DNA of 63,652 nt, the filler included, from Circinaria calcarea (lineage: Eukaryota), in the NCBI GenBank assembly GCA_051942165.1. It is 32 parts of 32 records of this genome, joined end to end, with 100 filler letters (N's around TTAATTAATTAA, not from the genome) between each part and the next. Parts side by side here need not be neighbours in the genome. Positions count along the whole stretch, not along the records: positions 1 to 1,906 come from JAVECS010004105.1; positions 2,007 to 3,912 come from JAVECS010004106.1; positions 4,013 to 5,918 come from JAVECS010004107.1; positions 6,019 to 7,922 come from JAVECS010004108.1; positions 8,023 to 9,924 come from JAVECS010004109.1; positions 10,025 to 11,926 come from JAVECS010004110.1; 26 more parts are not named here. One strand, given 5' to 3'. This document shows, piece after piece, positions 1 through 12,026 of this stretch. Every line of letters starts with the position of its first letter. The first letter of the stretch is position 1. The position numbers and the translations under genes were made by a program. Below the pieces are notes generated by a model that did no database searches, was not told the DNA's origin, and was given only the letters and a program-made list of their open reading frames with translations.

Positions 1-256
1 AGGCTTGGAGCTCGGACTCCCCGTCTGATCATTGCTGGAGCATTTCTACGCGATTTAGACAGATCCTCACAATGATATACAGCCTAGTGCATTGCTCTAT
101 TCTTAAGGGCAAGTGGTTTCAACACCACCGCTACTCTCACCGTACTATTTCACGCTCTCTCTTCTCTGACCTCCAGGGCTGAACGAAACCCACGCGTGTT
201 TTCGTTCCTGTTGTTGGATTCTTTCAACCGTATCGTTATGCTGACTGCACTTCGAC

Positions 257-1665
257 ATGAATCTCGACGAGAATGATATTGATATACCAATGGATCCTGA
301 GCATCCCGAGGACGCCCTATTCTCCAAGCCGCGACATGCACGAGGTCTCAGTCTGAATTAGGGTCGTTAGAGTCGAATCTACGTTACCCTGCACATCTTC
401 GTGCTCTACTCCATTATTGCTGGTCTCGTCGTTGTTGGTCTGACCTTGCTTAACTTGCCCGGTACCTGTCACGATCTAAGTTAAGGCATCTACTGTAAGT
501 CCTGCCTTGAAGGGAGAGGTCATTGACCGCCGTTGGACCATGATGATGGTTTCTCTTGCTTTTACAACATAACCTCCGCGTATATGCTCATCACCAACTT
601 GACAGCGCCGGCATCGGATGCAGTTGCGTACCGTAATCACGTCATTCGAGAGAATTTCGTTTCCAAAGGGCCGTACATGGGTCGCCCAGATGGGCTTCCG
701 GACGAAGGTGTTCCAAGCGACCAAACTGATGCTCTTTGGGAGGATCTATATCAGTGTGTGTTACCCAACAATTTCTCCATTGCACACTACAATCCTACTA
801 ATCAAGAAACCCTCAGTTAGTGTATCTTAGATCCCCTACGATCAAGCTCGTCTGCTACCGAATGTAACAGAACGCATTCCCCGCACCACGGATCAATACG
901 TGATCGAGCTCGATGTCTTTCATCAACTGCATTGCCTCAATGCTATAAGAAGGACAATGTACCCGGAAAGGTATTGGGACACGTATGATGATTGCTATAT
1001 CAAGGACGGCTCCCCCCCAGGAAAAGGTCAAAGGAACTATACGAGTACGGACGCCAAACACTACGGTAATCAGGATACCCGCTTCCTACTTATATAAGAA
1101 CCTCTTTCAGTCCTTCTGGCAAGGCTGACGGACATATGCTACTGCTCTCCTGCTCCTCTAAACACGCACTACACAGAGCAGTGATCTAGACTCACAGGCC
1201 AGAGACGCTAGTCCCGTAAATTAATAAGTTAATAGCTGACGAGTTTGACCATTCATAGACCACTGCGTGGATTCCATTCGCCAGTCAGTCATGTGTCATG
1301 GCGACATTGCAACCGTCTATTGGCGCTGGAAAGAGAACAAACTGAGCCCAGTACCATGGTTGCAAATTACTCATACCTGTAAGTCCTTGCAACCTGCCAT
1401 TCACTTTGCAGCCTTCTAAGTTACACGAAACCCTATCGTAACTATTTCCATTCATCCAATGTATATCACTTTTGGGATTTCTCACACATCCACGCCCAAT
1501 TATGCATTTCTAGCTGACTGTACGCCTGTGTGTATCTCAGGTCGCAATTTTGAAAAGCTCCGTGAATGGGGTAAAGCGCACCGGGTGAAGGGTGATCCTT
1601 CCTGGCCCAAGGGACCAGAGAATAGTCCGTTGTGGCATCAGAGTTGTCCGGGGAAGACCTGTTAA
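257..1665 (+). pseudogene. UstYa/DUF3328-family oxidase (fungal RiPP/mycotoxin biosynthesis) with 4 in-frame stops
   Basis: Five exons (257-494, 606-755, 817-1065, 1259-1378, 1541-1665) with GT-AG introns. They give an N-terminal TM helix, IYSPA, FHQLHCLN, HYDHCVDSIRQSVMC and HTCRNF. In-frame stops at 359, 368, 482 and 828. Confidence 0.88.
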
Positions 1666-1906
1666 ATAGGAGGAAAGACATAGGGACTCATCGAGGTATG
1701 GCGTTGCCTTGAGAAGCGCTTGTGGTGAGGCAGAGATGAAGGTGGGAGTTGCAAGCTTGGAGGCCAAGACGATCCACTGGATGCTTGAGATTTGGCTTTA
1801 CTCTACAGACTAGGTGCTTGCTTTTGGACCACAAGACTCAGTCGCGTGAATGGGCAATTAGCTTACTCTACTCGGAAACATAACAGCACAGCTGCAAGCT
1901 CTAGAT

Positions 1907-2006
1907 NNNNNNNNNNNNNNNNNNNNNNNNNNNNNNNNNNNNNNNNNNNNTTAATTAATTAANNNNNNNNNNNNNNNNNNNNNNNNNNNNNNNNNNNNNN
2001 NNNNNN
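1907..2006. other. Artificial contig-joining spacer (first of 31): 44 N + TTAATTAATTAA + 44 N
   Basis: The same 100-nt spacer recurs about every 2 kb. The 12-mer puts stops in all six frames. Contig lengths never increase along the window (1906 to 1875 bp). Confidence 0.99.
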
Positions 2007-2011
2007 ATTGA

Positions 2012-2822
2012 TCAGACATAGTATTGGCGTCTGCTATCCGTTGATCTTCGGCGATGACTTGCGTTACGGGAGTGACCTCGTCTACGTATACATTCAGTTT
2101 CGTCCGTCAACAGATGATGAGATATAAACCGTGACTTACCGCGAATCATGGCTTCTCCGCCGGTACGTGGTTTCCTTCACCACTGTGTCCTTTTCGCGCC
2201 TGTGCATCAAAAGTGCCCAGAACGAAGTGATGGCGAAGAAGATGCAGTTCATTATGCCGAAAGCGAAGCACGCTTTTAACATAGAGCACGTTCTATTCGC
2301 ACTAACTGAGAACGGCGTGTAGTTGATGCTGAGCGGAGATATGGTGACTGTATTTCCATCCGAGGTAGTAACGCCGCCAGTGCTACTGAGGCCCCCTGAG
2401 ACGTCGTTGCAATTTGCTCCTGCTATGCCACGCAACTCATATACACCTGCTATCAGCGCACCGATGAAACATAGATCGATGAAGGAGACGAAGATGGCGG
2501 ATCGGCGGGTCGATTTACGGCGAAGCAGGGTTGCTAAAGCCCAAGCTGCTGCGAGGACGGAGACTATGAATAACACCCTACGAAGCGGTTAGTATACTAA
2601 ACACAAAACGAGCAGAGGGCCGAGTTTGAGCGTACAATATGTAGTTCGGTGTGAGCTGATTGGCATCAACGTAGCCATTTACGAAAAACGCCTGGAATAA
2701 TGATTAGTGACTTTCCGCTAAGCCCATTCCACTTGATTGCCCACAAGTATGCCTAAGGTCGGTATCAAGGTGACCAGCTCTAATACGCGGAAAAACGAGA
2801 ACATGAGGCTGGCAATAACCAT
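2012..2822 (-). CDS. Conserved fungal 4-TM (MARVEL-like) membrane protein, complete, 4 exons
   Basis: Spliced model MVIASLMFSFFRVLELVTLIPTLGIL/AFFVNGYVDANQLTPNYIL/...MLKACFAFGIMNCIFF.../...RRQYYV*. Four hydrophobic helices and an Arg-rich tail. Confidence 0.7.
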
Positions 2823-4012
2823 GTCTGCGACTTTGACAAAGCAGAGCGGCTATTGCGCACGTTCCGTAGGTCTGAAGTTGTAGCTGAGTACTTCAATGTC
2901 AGCAGGAGAGGAAGTGGTGATTGTGTCGGCCAGCCGGGGGCCGTAGATGTCGAGCAGATAGCCTCGTAGTGTTGATTGGACAGGGCAAGGTCGGGAAGGA
3001 GAGTGTCGAACAAAGGGGAGTACAACTGTGAGTGTGAAGCTGATGCGATATCTCTTTGCAATGAGGGCGAGTTGCAGTTGGCGAGTTTCTGGAAGCTGCG
3101 ATGAAGATGTGGTGGAAACTGACGACGCTCAGCCAGCAGGGCTGGGGAGATCCTTCAGCGCGCAAAAGTCTGACAGCAAATGACGTTCACTAAGTAATCT
3201 TAATCTACCACGACACAAGAAGCAAAGATTACACGAAGGCGATGAGATGTACAGTTGCTCCGTATGTGCACAGTGATCCAGAAGCATCAGGACCTGAAAC
3301 GGGCTTTGTACGGTTCGCTGTCACTCCCACGGTTCGGGGGCTGGCGGATGGCGGATGGCGGGGCTGGGCGAAGTCAAAATTTGACTTCGTCGATCAACAA
3401 GCATGGCAGCACAATCCCAAAGTTAATTCCGGGCAACCAACCCTCACGCAACACAGGCCAGGGGACCGAAATCTGATAGAAACAGGCTCAACGGATCTCG
3501 GAAGGAATGTGTCGATCTGCCACGCGGACCACGGTTCCACCAGGTGTAGTTTATCTCAACGTTATCTCTGTACCGAAGAATTTAGAAGTGTGTCGGATTT
3601 GTTCCACAGAGTCTGGCCATGGATAGCAATGTAGCTATTCGAACCCAGTTCATGCCCACTTATAGAATGACTCCTACTTCTAAGTTTCCCCGGCACATTC
3701 CCTGCAACAAGCTTTGGAGAATATATGGTAATCTTCCCTGATATCTCCATCAGCGCTGCCTACATTGTCACGATGCTACCCCCTTACGGAGTGCGACCAT
3801 CCATGATATTGGAAAGGACCCTCTGATCGCTGTCGGTCATAGTCTATTGTGGCGGCATTGGGAACATGCAACGATCCCACACACCTCGCAGACGTAGTGA
3901 AAGTGAGGTAAGNNNNNNNNNNNNNNNNNNNNNNNNNNNNNNNNNNNNNNNNNNNNTTAATTAATTAANNNNNNNNNNNNNNNNNNNNNNNNNNNNNNNN
4001 NNNNNNNNNNNN

Positions 4013-4860
4013 TTGTCACTATATGGGTCCTCTACTTCCTTCCCGTTTACTTTCAAGGCGTGCTCGGCTCGAGTCCAGGACGCTCTGGTGTTCAGTTGTT
4101 ACCTACGGTCCTGATCCTGATCCCATTCGCTGCCATGGGCGGTGCACTCGTCGCCAAATTTGGCCGCTATCGCCCCGTCCACCACGCCGGCTATGCACTC
4201 ATGATAATCGGATTTGGTCTCTTTAGTCTCCTCGACGAGACTTCCTCGACTGCGGAATGGGTCATCTTTCAAGCTATCGAAGCAGCGGGTGCCGGACTGG
4301 TGATTCCGGTGCTGCTGCCAGCTGTCCAAGCCGAGCTTACCGAAGCCGATACCGCCCTTGCGACATCGACCTGGGCGTTCGTCAGGAGCTTCGGCCTCGT
4401 ATGGGGTGCTACCGTTCCAGCCGCCATCTTCAACAACCGGTTCGATCAGCTCTCTGACCGAATAACCAACCCGGCTGTCGTAGCCGAACTCTCTGGGGGC
4501 CAGGCCTATGAACGCGCCACCCAGATATTCCTTGATTCCCTACCGAGCGACGGGGTTACGCGATCGCAAGTGGTTTCCGCCTTCTCCGACAGTCTGAAGC
4601 AAACGTGGCAAGTCGCCATCGCTTTCGCCGCCCTGGGCTTTCTCCTCGTCATTGTGGAACGAGAAGTCAAGTTACGGAAGGAGCTGGACACGGAGTTTGG
4701 CATCGCGGAGAAGGAGAAGAAGAGCAGCAACGAGGAACCGTTGGAAATGGGCTCGCAGTCTTCGGGCCAGCTCGATGCGCGGGACGAGGCCGCGGGCGGA
4801 CAGGATGGGGGAGGTGGTCAAACCGGTCTGGCGGCGGCGATGAATGGTCCTCGGAATTAG
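4013..4860 (+). CDS. MFS drug:H+ antiporter (DHA2, 14-TMS type), C-terminal part
   Basis: YFLPVYFQGVLGSSPGRSGVQLLP, FGRYRP, ATSTWAFVRSFG and multiple TM helices. 5'-truncated by contig end. Confidence 0.9.
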
Positions 4861-5278
4861 CACTCCGTCCGTGAAAGGTATTTCTACCATGATCGTCTAG
4901 CAATATGGTCATTTGCACTTCTTCTTTCTTTTTTAAATGCGTCTCTAGAGAGAGAATAAAATGTCTCTTAGAGATATCACACGCATGTGTGGACGAATAT
5001 CAAGTAAAACATATGCGTAGTTTTGTTGTTTTCTGATGACTTGGAGATCCCACTACCTATTCAAATTCTTGGCTTAGTGGGGGGGTTTTTTAAAAAAATT
5101 CTAAACCGAGCCTGATTGAAAACATTGGGAGGGGGGTTTTTTATTTTTTTGGTAATTTCCTTCCTTCCCTTCCTTCCCTTCCTGTCTAAAAATAAGCTTG
5201 CAAAACCCTAATACCATCCCATCCCATCCCATCCCATCCAATCCAATCCCATTCCTATCCTCAAACATCTCAAACATC

Positions 5279-5780
5279 TCAACATCTCCTATCCACCACC
5301 ACCGCGGCAAAAACACACAGCCAAGCCGGAAAATCGACCAGGATCAACCTCTGGCCGTTGACGTGCACAAACGTCCTCAGGAGGCCCACGCCCTCCTCGG
5401 CCGTTTTCCGCCGCCATTCCCCCTCGCTGATCCGGAACAGTTTCAGCCCGAGACGGGCCGGATAGGCGTGCGCGAGGGTTAGGAGGATAGCTGCCGTCCA
5501 CAGGGCCGTCGTCGCCGACGATGCCGACAACATTGACGGGGAGGAAGGTTCCCCCCCCGAGGAGTGAGAGTGCGAGTGCGAGTGCGAGTGGGAGTGAGCG
5601 CGCAGGTTGACGGCGCACAGGACGAGGGTCAGGAGGTGGCAGGGCGCGGAGAGGAAGACGACGTGGGCGAAGGTGCGGAGCCAGGGGTAGAAGAGGGAAT
5701 GCCGGCTGGCGGGCGGGATGGCCGGGTTCAGAAAGGAGACCATGGCTATCTGTTGGCCGGCGGAACAGACGAGACTACAA
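5279..5780 (-). CDS. Hypothetical integral membrane protein (start uncertain)
   Basis: GC-rich ORF with several hydrophobic segments and an (HS)n tract, ending HVNGQRLILVDFPAWLCVFAAVV. Confidence 0.55.
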
Positions 5781-6018
5781 TGCCCCCCGCAAACGGGGCA
5801 AGAAACCCCAAAAAGTGTTAGTTTTTCGGTTTTTTTTTGTGGGGGGGGGGGGGCCCCCAAACGCGTAGAATTCCCGATCTGCTAAATGCGGGTTGGGCGG
5901 GTTTGGTGTGCTAATGCCNNNNNNNNNNNNNNNNNNNNNNNNNNNNNNNNNNNNNNNNNNNNTTAATTAATTAANNNNNNNNNNNNNNNNNNNNNNNNNN
6001 NNNNNNNNNNNNNNNNNN

Positions 6019-7922
6019 CGAGCCTTCGCTCGGTATAGTATCAACCTTGCTCGACGTAACATTCGCTAACAGCAGTAACAGTTCACATACCACACCATGG
6101 GAATTCGCCGGGCCTTTGTGGACGTTCTTGGTGCCGAGCATCTGATAATTCGGGCAAAAGTAAGATTCCTGCCTTCCTCATCGACTATTCTAAGCTCATT
6201 TCTTGCTAGGTGTTAGAGAACTTTGAGTCTGCTCAGCTGGGCAATCTTGGCAGAATCGTGACCGATGTCGTATGTAGAATCGTATACCTTCATTTTCCAA
6301 GTAACGGGCTAATGGGGTTACAGATTGACTTCAAGGAATCAGCAGAGATGCATCGGACGGTGGTAAAACCTGGAGTCGACGACCGGCTTGATAAAATGAA
6401 GCGGACGTACGCTGGCATTGAGGATATTCTCAATCAAACATCCCAAGACATCGCGAGGCATATTCCTCCACATTACAGCTTGGATCTAAATGTGATCTTC
6501 TTTCCTCAGATCGGATTCCTCATCTCCATGCCTATAGATCCCGATACGCAGGATGCCAACTACACGGGAGGGGAAGGGGAAGAGCAGCCATGGGAACGTA
6601 TATTCTCCACTGCTGCCAGGGTGTACTTTAAGGACTTTCGGATGATTGAATTGGACGAGACTTTTGGAGATATCTATGCAGTAATTTGCGGTAAGTCGGA
6701 GAGAAACAATGACTCGAGATTGTTTTCCTGATCTCCATCCTAGATAAAGAGATTGAGATTGTTCATGCACTTGCACAGGAAGTCCTGAAATACGATGCTA
6801 TGCTGTGTGCAGTATCGGACATTTGTGGCGAACTCGATTGGTAAGGGATTCCAACATTCTACGACGAATCAGGGGGTATTGACTTTGAAATTAGTCTCTT
6901 GGCTTTAGCACAAGGGGCTAAGATGCATAAATTGACTCGGCCGCGATTGACGATGGAAAACATAGTCCGGATCAAAGGTGGACGGTTAGTGCAGGCGCAG
7001 CGTTCAGTTCATGGAATTAATCAGACTGATCGGTCCTAGTCATTTCTTGCAAGAACGTACTGTTCCGTCATATGTTGCGAATGATGCTTTTCTTGTTGGT
7101 GGATCGGGGAGTGACTCGTCCTTGGATAATGTCAATGGCGCCGTCATGGAAGAAATTCGACCCTCCCAGCAGACCGTCAATACCGAGATAACAGAAGGGC
7201 CAAGCATGCTTATAATGACCGGACCAAATTACAGTGGTAAGAGTGTCTTTTTAAAACAGATTGCTTTGATTGTCTACATGGCCCATGTTGGTTGTTTTGT
7301 ACCTGCGGATCGAGCGACGGTTGGTTTGACGGACAAGATCCTTACGAGAATCGCAACTAAGGAGACCGTCTCTAAGATTCAAAGCGCCTTCATGATTGAC
7401 CTTCAGCAAGTATCTTCCGCCGTTCATCTAGCTACCCATCGAAGTTTAGTCATCATTGACGAGTTTGGTAAAGGTACAAATGCAGCCGGTAAGTCGAGAC
7501 CATCTCATCTTTGTTTATCTGGGAACTAACAAACTGCGTAGACGGCGCTGGTCTTGCTTGCGGAGTCTTCGAGTACTTTCTTGGACTTGGTGAGGATCGA
7601 CCAAAGGTACTGGGTGCTACGCATTTTCACGAAATCTTCGAGCATGGGTACCTCAAACCGCGGCCTGAGTTGACCTTTGCCCATATGGAAGTTCGGACAG
7701 ACGACGAGGCGGATGATGCAGAAAACCAGATTATTTATCTTTACAAGTAGGTATTGATAAGTAGGTTACAGATGTAGCAAATTGACTGGAAAGTAGTTTC
7801 CGAGCTGGACGAAGTACATCGAGTTACGGCACCCTGTGAGTGATCCCATGTTGTTCCGTTGAGCTCTATAATCTGACTGTCTACATAGCTGCGCAGCAAT
7901 GAACGGGATCGACAAATCGATT
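6019..7922 (+). CDS. MSH5: MutS homolog 5 (meiotic), internal multi-exon fragment
   Basis: FPQIGFLI, Walker [64 protein letters not shown]. The DEFGKGT variant is typical of MSH5. Confidence 0.93.
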
Positions 7923-8023
7923 NNNNNNNNNNNNNNNNNNNNNNNNNNNNNNNNNNNNNNNNNNNNTTAATTAATTAANNNNNNNNNNNNNNNNNNNNNN
8001 NNNNNNNNNNNNNNNNNNNNNNC

Positions 8024-8656
8024 CTCTCGGAATCCGCCACCACTGGTGCCGCACACGGTGATGAGCAAGAGCGAAGACGTCTTCGAAATGAAACTCGTAG
8101 GCGAGTAGGCTTCGATCCATACGACGAAAGCCCTATCAAAAGAAGGGGGGAAGAGTACCAGTATCGTGGTGGCCAAAGCCAGGCTGGGTGGGTTGAAGAT
8201 AGTGGTGAACGGTATGGGGGTTCACCAAGAAGGGAACAGAGTTACGATGAGTACAGCAGTCCCCCTTACGATGAGGGCTATGAATCTCATCGCCTCTACA
8301 CGCCGGGCCGTGGCTATCTTCCCTATTCTCGAGAAGCAACACCCGAGACTCCGCCCTTATTACTCAAGGACCGTGCCTATTCCTCACGGAGCAACACCCC
8401 AGATCGAGCAAGCTCCATGCCTCCGCTACCTAGACCGGCTAGCACAGGCACTGGACGATATCCTTCGCATCTGTCGCCGGAAACACCATCAGGTGGTATA
8501 GGTAGGCATAGTAGACTTGGAAGGATGAGGGGAGATGATAGAGGTAAAGGAGTTGGAATAAGGGGAAGTCCTTTGGCTAGGCCTGCCACCGGTAATACTG
8601 GTACAGGAATGAGAACTAGCCCTGTGGAGGGTGATGAGGAGGCAAACGGGGGCTGA
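8024..8656 (+). CDS. C-terminal low-complexity fragment of a hypothetical protein
   Basis: Stop-free frame from the contig start (LSESATTGAAHGDEQERRRLRNETRRRVGFDPYDESP...) to TGA at 8654-8656, about 210 codons. The ORF track shows only its last part. Confidence 0.6.
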   Translation, partial: LSESATTGAAHGDEQERRRLRNETRRRVGFDPYDESPIKRRGEEYQYRGGQSQAGWVEDSGERYGGSPRREQSYDEYSSPPYDEGYESHRLYTPGRGYLPYSREATPETPPLLLKDRAYSSRSNTPDRASSMPPLPRPASTGTGRYPSHLSPETPSGGIGRHSRLGRMRGDDRGKGVGIRGSPLARPATGNTGTGMRTSPVEGDEEANGG

Positions 8657-10024
8657 TGTGAGTCCGAAGTCACCAATCAGACTTTCCAAGATGAGTGGAA
8701 AGATGGATCGGAACTCTCGTGTCATTAAAACCAGCGAAACTGGTGCTTTTTACCTGTCGTCAATTCTTGCCAACAGCTTGATACCCCGCCTTCTTTACTG
8801 TTAGTAACTCAATCTATTCTTTAACTTACAATACTCTCAATCTCGCCGACTTCCTTCTAGCAAGCGCAACAGGTACCAATGTATGTAATCCCTGCAACCC
8901 TAGTCTCCCTTTTCCCCATTAGCAGCCTACCCCTTCAAATCTACGTTCAGAAGCCTATATCCTTTCGCCCCGCCGCCACATACAACTTATGAGCATACGG
9001 AGAGCTCTGCACCAAATTAGGCCAGTTCGTCCCATCCGCCAACTCATTGCCCCGAAGTAAAAAATGCGGTTCCGAATTCGGGCCGGCGTTGGAAGGGGGG
9101 ATCCGTGAAAAGCCCTTTTATAATAATGTAGTTCCTGTTCACGCCATCTGGGAGTGAAATGTGCGTTCTTTGGCGCAGCAACCACAGCGGGTCTCCTGTC
9201 AAAGACATGGAACTGAAATACGGAAATCATTTCGAGATGACGGCGAAGGAAGCGGTGTAAGAGATTTAATTCTGGTTTTCATATCGATGAACGGTAGAGA
9301 ATGGAGAAGGGGCTTTTCCCTGCCTGAACTTTGCGTTCTGGGTATTTCTTCGATTATATTTTGGCCAGTGTGGAAATACATACGTTTCTGGATTTGTTTT
9401 TGAAAGGGGGAAGCTGTTATGGCTGTATATGCATATTGAGAACACACCGGTGATTTAGCTTCCTGTATCCTTTTCTTACTCCGGCCCCCCGGGGCTTCTT
9501 TCTACCCATTTCCCCGTTCCTTACTTTACACACATCGCTCGCTACGTTTGCATTTTCAACCCCATATTCCATTATATCCAACCTCCAGCCTGCCTTGTTG
9601 AATTCCACGCAGCAGATTACAGCTACAGCTGCAGTTGCATTTCTAATGCCGTGAGACGAAGGCCGAACCGGTCCCCGCCCTTTTCCTTCTCAAACCCTCC
9701 AAAACCGGGGGGCGGACCAGGGATGCGTTTTTTAAGTCCCGAATTGCCGCGCGGTAAACTCGGACTCGGAAGGTTTCGGTTCAGACTCGTTACTGGAAAA
9801 TGTAAGGAAGGGGAAGAGATGAGAGAGGTGCGAAGATCTCGTCGATTATTGGCCAGGTTCAAAGTGCTGGTTAGAGTGGATGCGATGTACCGGCTTTTTG
9901 GATTTGGGGTGGGGAATTCTTGGGNNNNNNNNNNNNNNNNNNNNNNNNNNNNNNNNNNNNNNNNNNNNTTAATTAATTAANNNNNNNNNNNNNNNNNNNN
10001 NNNNNNNNNNNNNNNNNNNNNNNN

Positions 10025-10296
10025 GAGTAGTCGCGGTGGCAGTAGTGGTTTCCCTGGGTTGGGACAAAGGGGGGGAGATCACGTTAGTAAGGAGATTGGG
10101 CTGTTAAGGGGATTGGGTTGTTAGGGCTGGAGGAGGGGGAAAGGAAAGGAGGTGAGGTGGGGGAAATGAGAGCAGGAAGGGAAAAAAAAAAGGTTACCTC
10201 AGAATTCGTGCCCGAGGAAGTGGTGGTGTAGGATTTTCCTCCGCCACCGCTACCGCTGCCGCCCGAGGACTGTCCGGATTGGTTCTGGCTCGGCAT
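10025..10296 (-). CDS. Small conserved fungal Ser/Gly-rich protein (SSGTNSxGNHYC type), 5' part
   Basis: MPSQNQSGQSSGGSGSGGGGKSYTTTSSGTNSE, then intron 10197-10054 (GTAACC...CTAAC...CAG), then GNHYCHRDY. Truncated by contig end. Confidence 0.7.
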
Positions 10297-10546
10297 TTTT
10301 GTTTTTGTTTCCCTTTTCTCACAGAACAGAGAGAAAAGAGCTTCAGGTATGGAGGTAGGAATTCGTGGGTTTTTTTTCCCAGGGGGTTTTTGGGAGGGGT
10401 TTGTTAGAGAAGGCAATACTCCGTAGAAGAGAAGCGGAGAGTTTTTGGAGTAACGGAGAGAACTGGAAAGATTGGGATGGTAAAGGGGGTAGGTTAATAT
10501 ACTTAAAACTTTTACTACGTGAAAAGTGGGGTAAGGCGAGTTTGTA

Positions 10547-10695
10547 CTATCCCCTTAAGGTTGTTTGCTCTGGCGGACAGAACCGTGCCACCCCAGCTCC
10601 TAGTCCGTGCCAGCCTATGGTAGGCTGACCAATTCCAACCTTGTATCCAAGCCACGCACGGTTCTATCTACCAGAGCAACATCTTAAGGGGATAG
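10547..10695. repeat. Imperfect inverted repeat / probable decayed MITE
   Basis: CTATCCCCTTAAGGTTGTTTGCTCTGGCGGACAGAACCGTGC (from 10547) is the near reverse complement of GCACGGTTCTATCTACCAGAGCAACATCTTAAGGGGATAG (ending 10695). Confidence 0.75.
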
Positions 10696-11329
10696 AATAT
10701 ACCTCGTTTGTTTACCGGAATAGCCCTAGTCACGCCCCCTAGTCACGCCTCGTCAACCGGTCACATGCTCACTATCGCTGGTAAGGAAAAACGAGCCCCC
10801 CACCTTAGACTTAGCGATTTCGCAAAGGATTACCCTTATCTATTAAGATAGATATTAGAGATAGCCGGAACCCCAGTGGCCGAGAAGACCATTTTTTCTC
10901 TCTAATATCACATCGGGGCCCCCGCAAGGTTCTCCAGGTCTCTCTTTACCGAAAAAAAAAAGAAGGGGGCCCGCGGGGACTTTCAATGGGATCTATCCAT
11001 GCATCCGAACGCTCACCTGGCTCCAGGGGTTTATATAAGAGTTACTACTCTATTACTACCATGGAGAAGGGTGGCTCCCCCCCCTCCCGGGGCAGCTTGG
11101 CTAACTGCCATTCTGCAAAAAGCGAGGAGATCCTTTTTATGGTATCTAAGATTACAGATTACTTCGTAGTCTAGCTGGGTATTCCATGCCAAAGTCAAAG
11201 CGGCTTGAAGCGACACTCAGAGAAGAGGGAGACCGCCATGCCGGGCTCTTGCCAATCGTCAATCCTTCCGTTATACAATATCATGCATGAAACTTTCTGT
11301 CACATTCCCTCTTAGAATCATTCCACCCC

Positions 11330-11926
11330 TTACCTCTGCATCACAGCCCTCGCCTCGGCCACAACCTCCCCTCCCCCTTTCAACAGGATTTCATGTATCC
11401 CATTTACTCCGGCAGCGCCCTCTCGTGACCACTTCTCCAGGAGGGTGTTACTTTCTTTCGGTTTGATACTCGCATCGGCGGTCCCCACGGTGATATGAGC
11501 CATTGCATTCGCAGTTTCCCATCCGTCATCCAAGATCCTTGCAACAATGCACATGACTCGCTTATCCCATATCGCCCACTCAAGCCGAACACGGCAATTA
11601 CCTAGCACTGGATCTGCTGACTCGGCCTGGACCGAGCTTGAGGAGTATAAGGATGTGAGACGGTCCCATAAGTCTTTATGCTGGGGAATGGAAGCACGAT
11701 GTATCAAGGTCACATGGAAATTTGGCTGTATGCGACGCGTCTGCTGGAGATGACGGTAGAATTGTGCAACGGAAGGGTCTTCATTCTCGAAACTCGACTC
11801 GAGAGCTGCAAGTACTTTGGCAGCAGGGACTTTGAGACAAAAGTACTCGATCTTGGCGGGCTTCGATTGAAGAGATAAATCGTCCATGCCATGCGACTGG
11901 TCGTCATTGTTTCTCTTCGGGCCCTT
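11330..11926 (-). CDS. TRL1: tRNA ligase Trl1, C-terminal cyclic phosphodiesterase domain
   Basis: Two 2H-phosphoesterase HxT motifs (FHVTLIH, AHITVGT) followed by IKPKESNTLL, as in fungal Trl1. Confidence 0.88.
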   Translation of the reverse strand, partial: KGPKRNNDDQSHGMDDLSLQSKPAKIEYFCLKVPAAKVLAALESSFENEDPSVAQFYRHLQQTRRIQPNFHVTLIHRASIPQHKDLWDRLTSLYSSSSVQAESADPVLGNCRVRLEWAIWDKRVMCIVARILDDGWETANAMAHITVGTADASIKPKESNTLLEKWSREGAAGVNGIHEILLKGGGEVVAEARAVMQR

Positions 11927-12026
11927 NNNNNNNNNNNNNNNNNNNNNNNNNNNNNNNNNNNNNNNNNNNNTTAATTAATTAANNNNNNNNNNNNNNNNNN
12001 NNNNNNNNNNNNNNNNNNNNNNNNNN

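Noticed and set aside
257..830. Alternative genetic code (TAA/TAG read as sense) to explain the in-frame stops
   Set aside because: Conserved genes in the window end normally at TAA or TAG and have no internal stops. The stops are confined to decayed loci.
1951..1962. Regularly spaced TTAATTAATTAA repeat resembling an array
   Set aside because: It is an assembly linker embedded in N runs, not biological sequence.
257..4860. Apparent RiPP cluster (UstYa + membrane protein + MFS transporter)
   Set aside because: The genes are on three separate contigs joined by length order, and no repeat-containing precursor peptide is visible.
8955..9924. Possible minus-strand gene
   Set aside because: I could not build a consistent spliced frame or recognise any motif.
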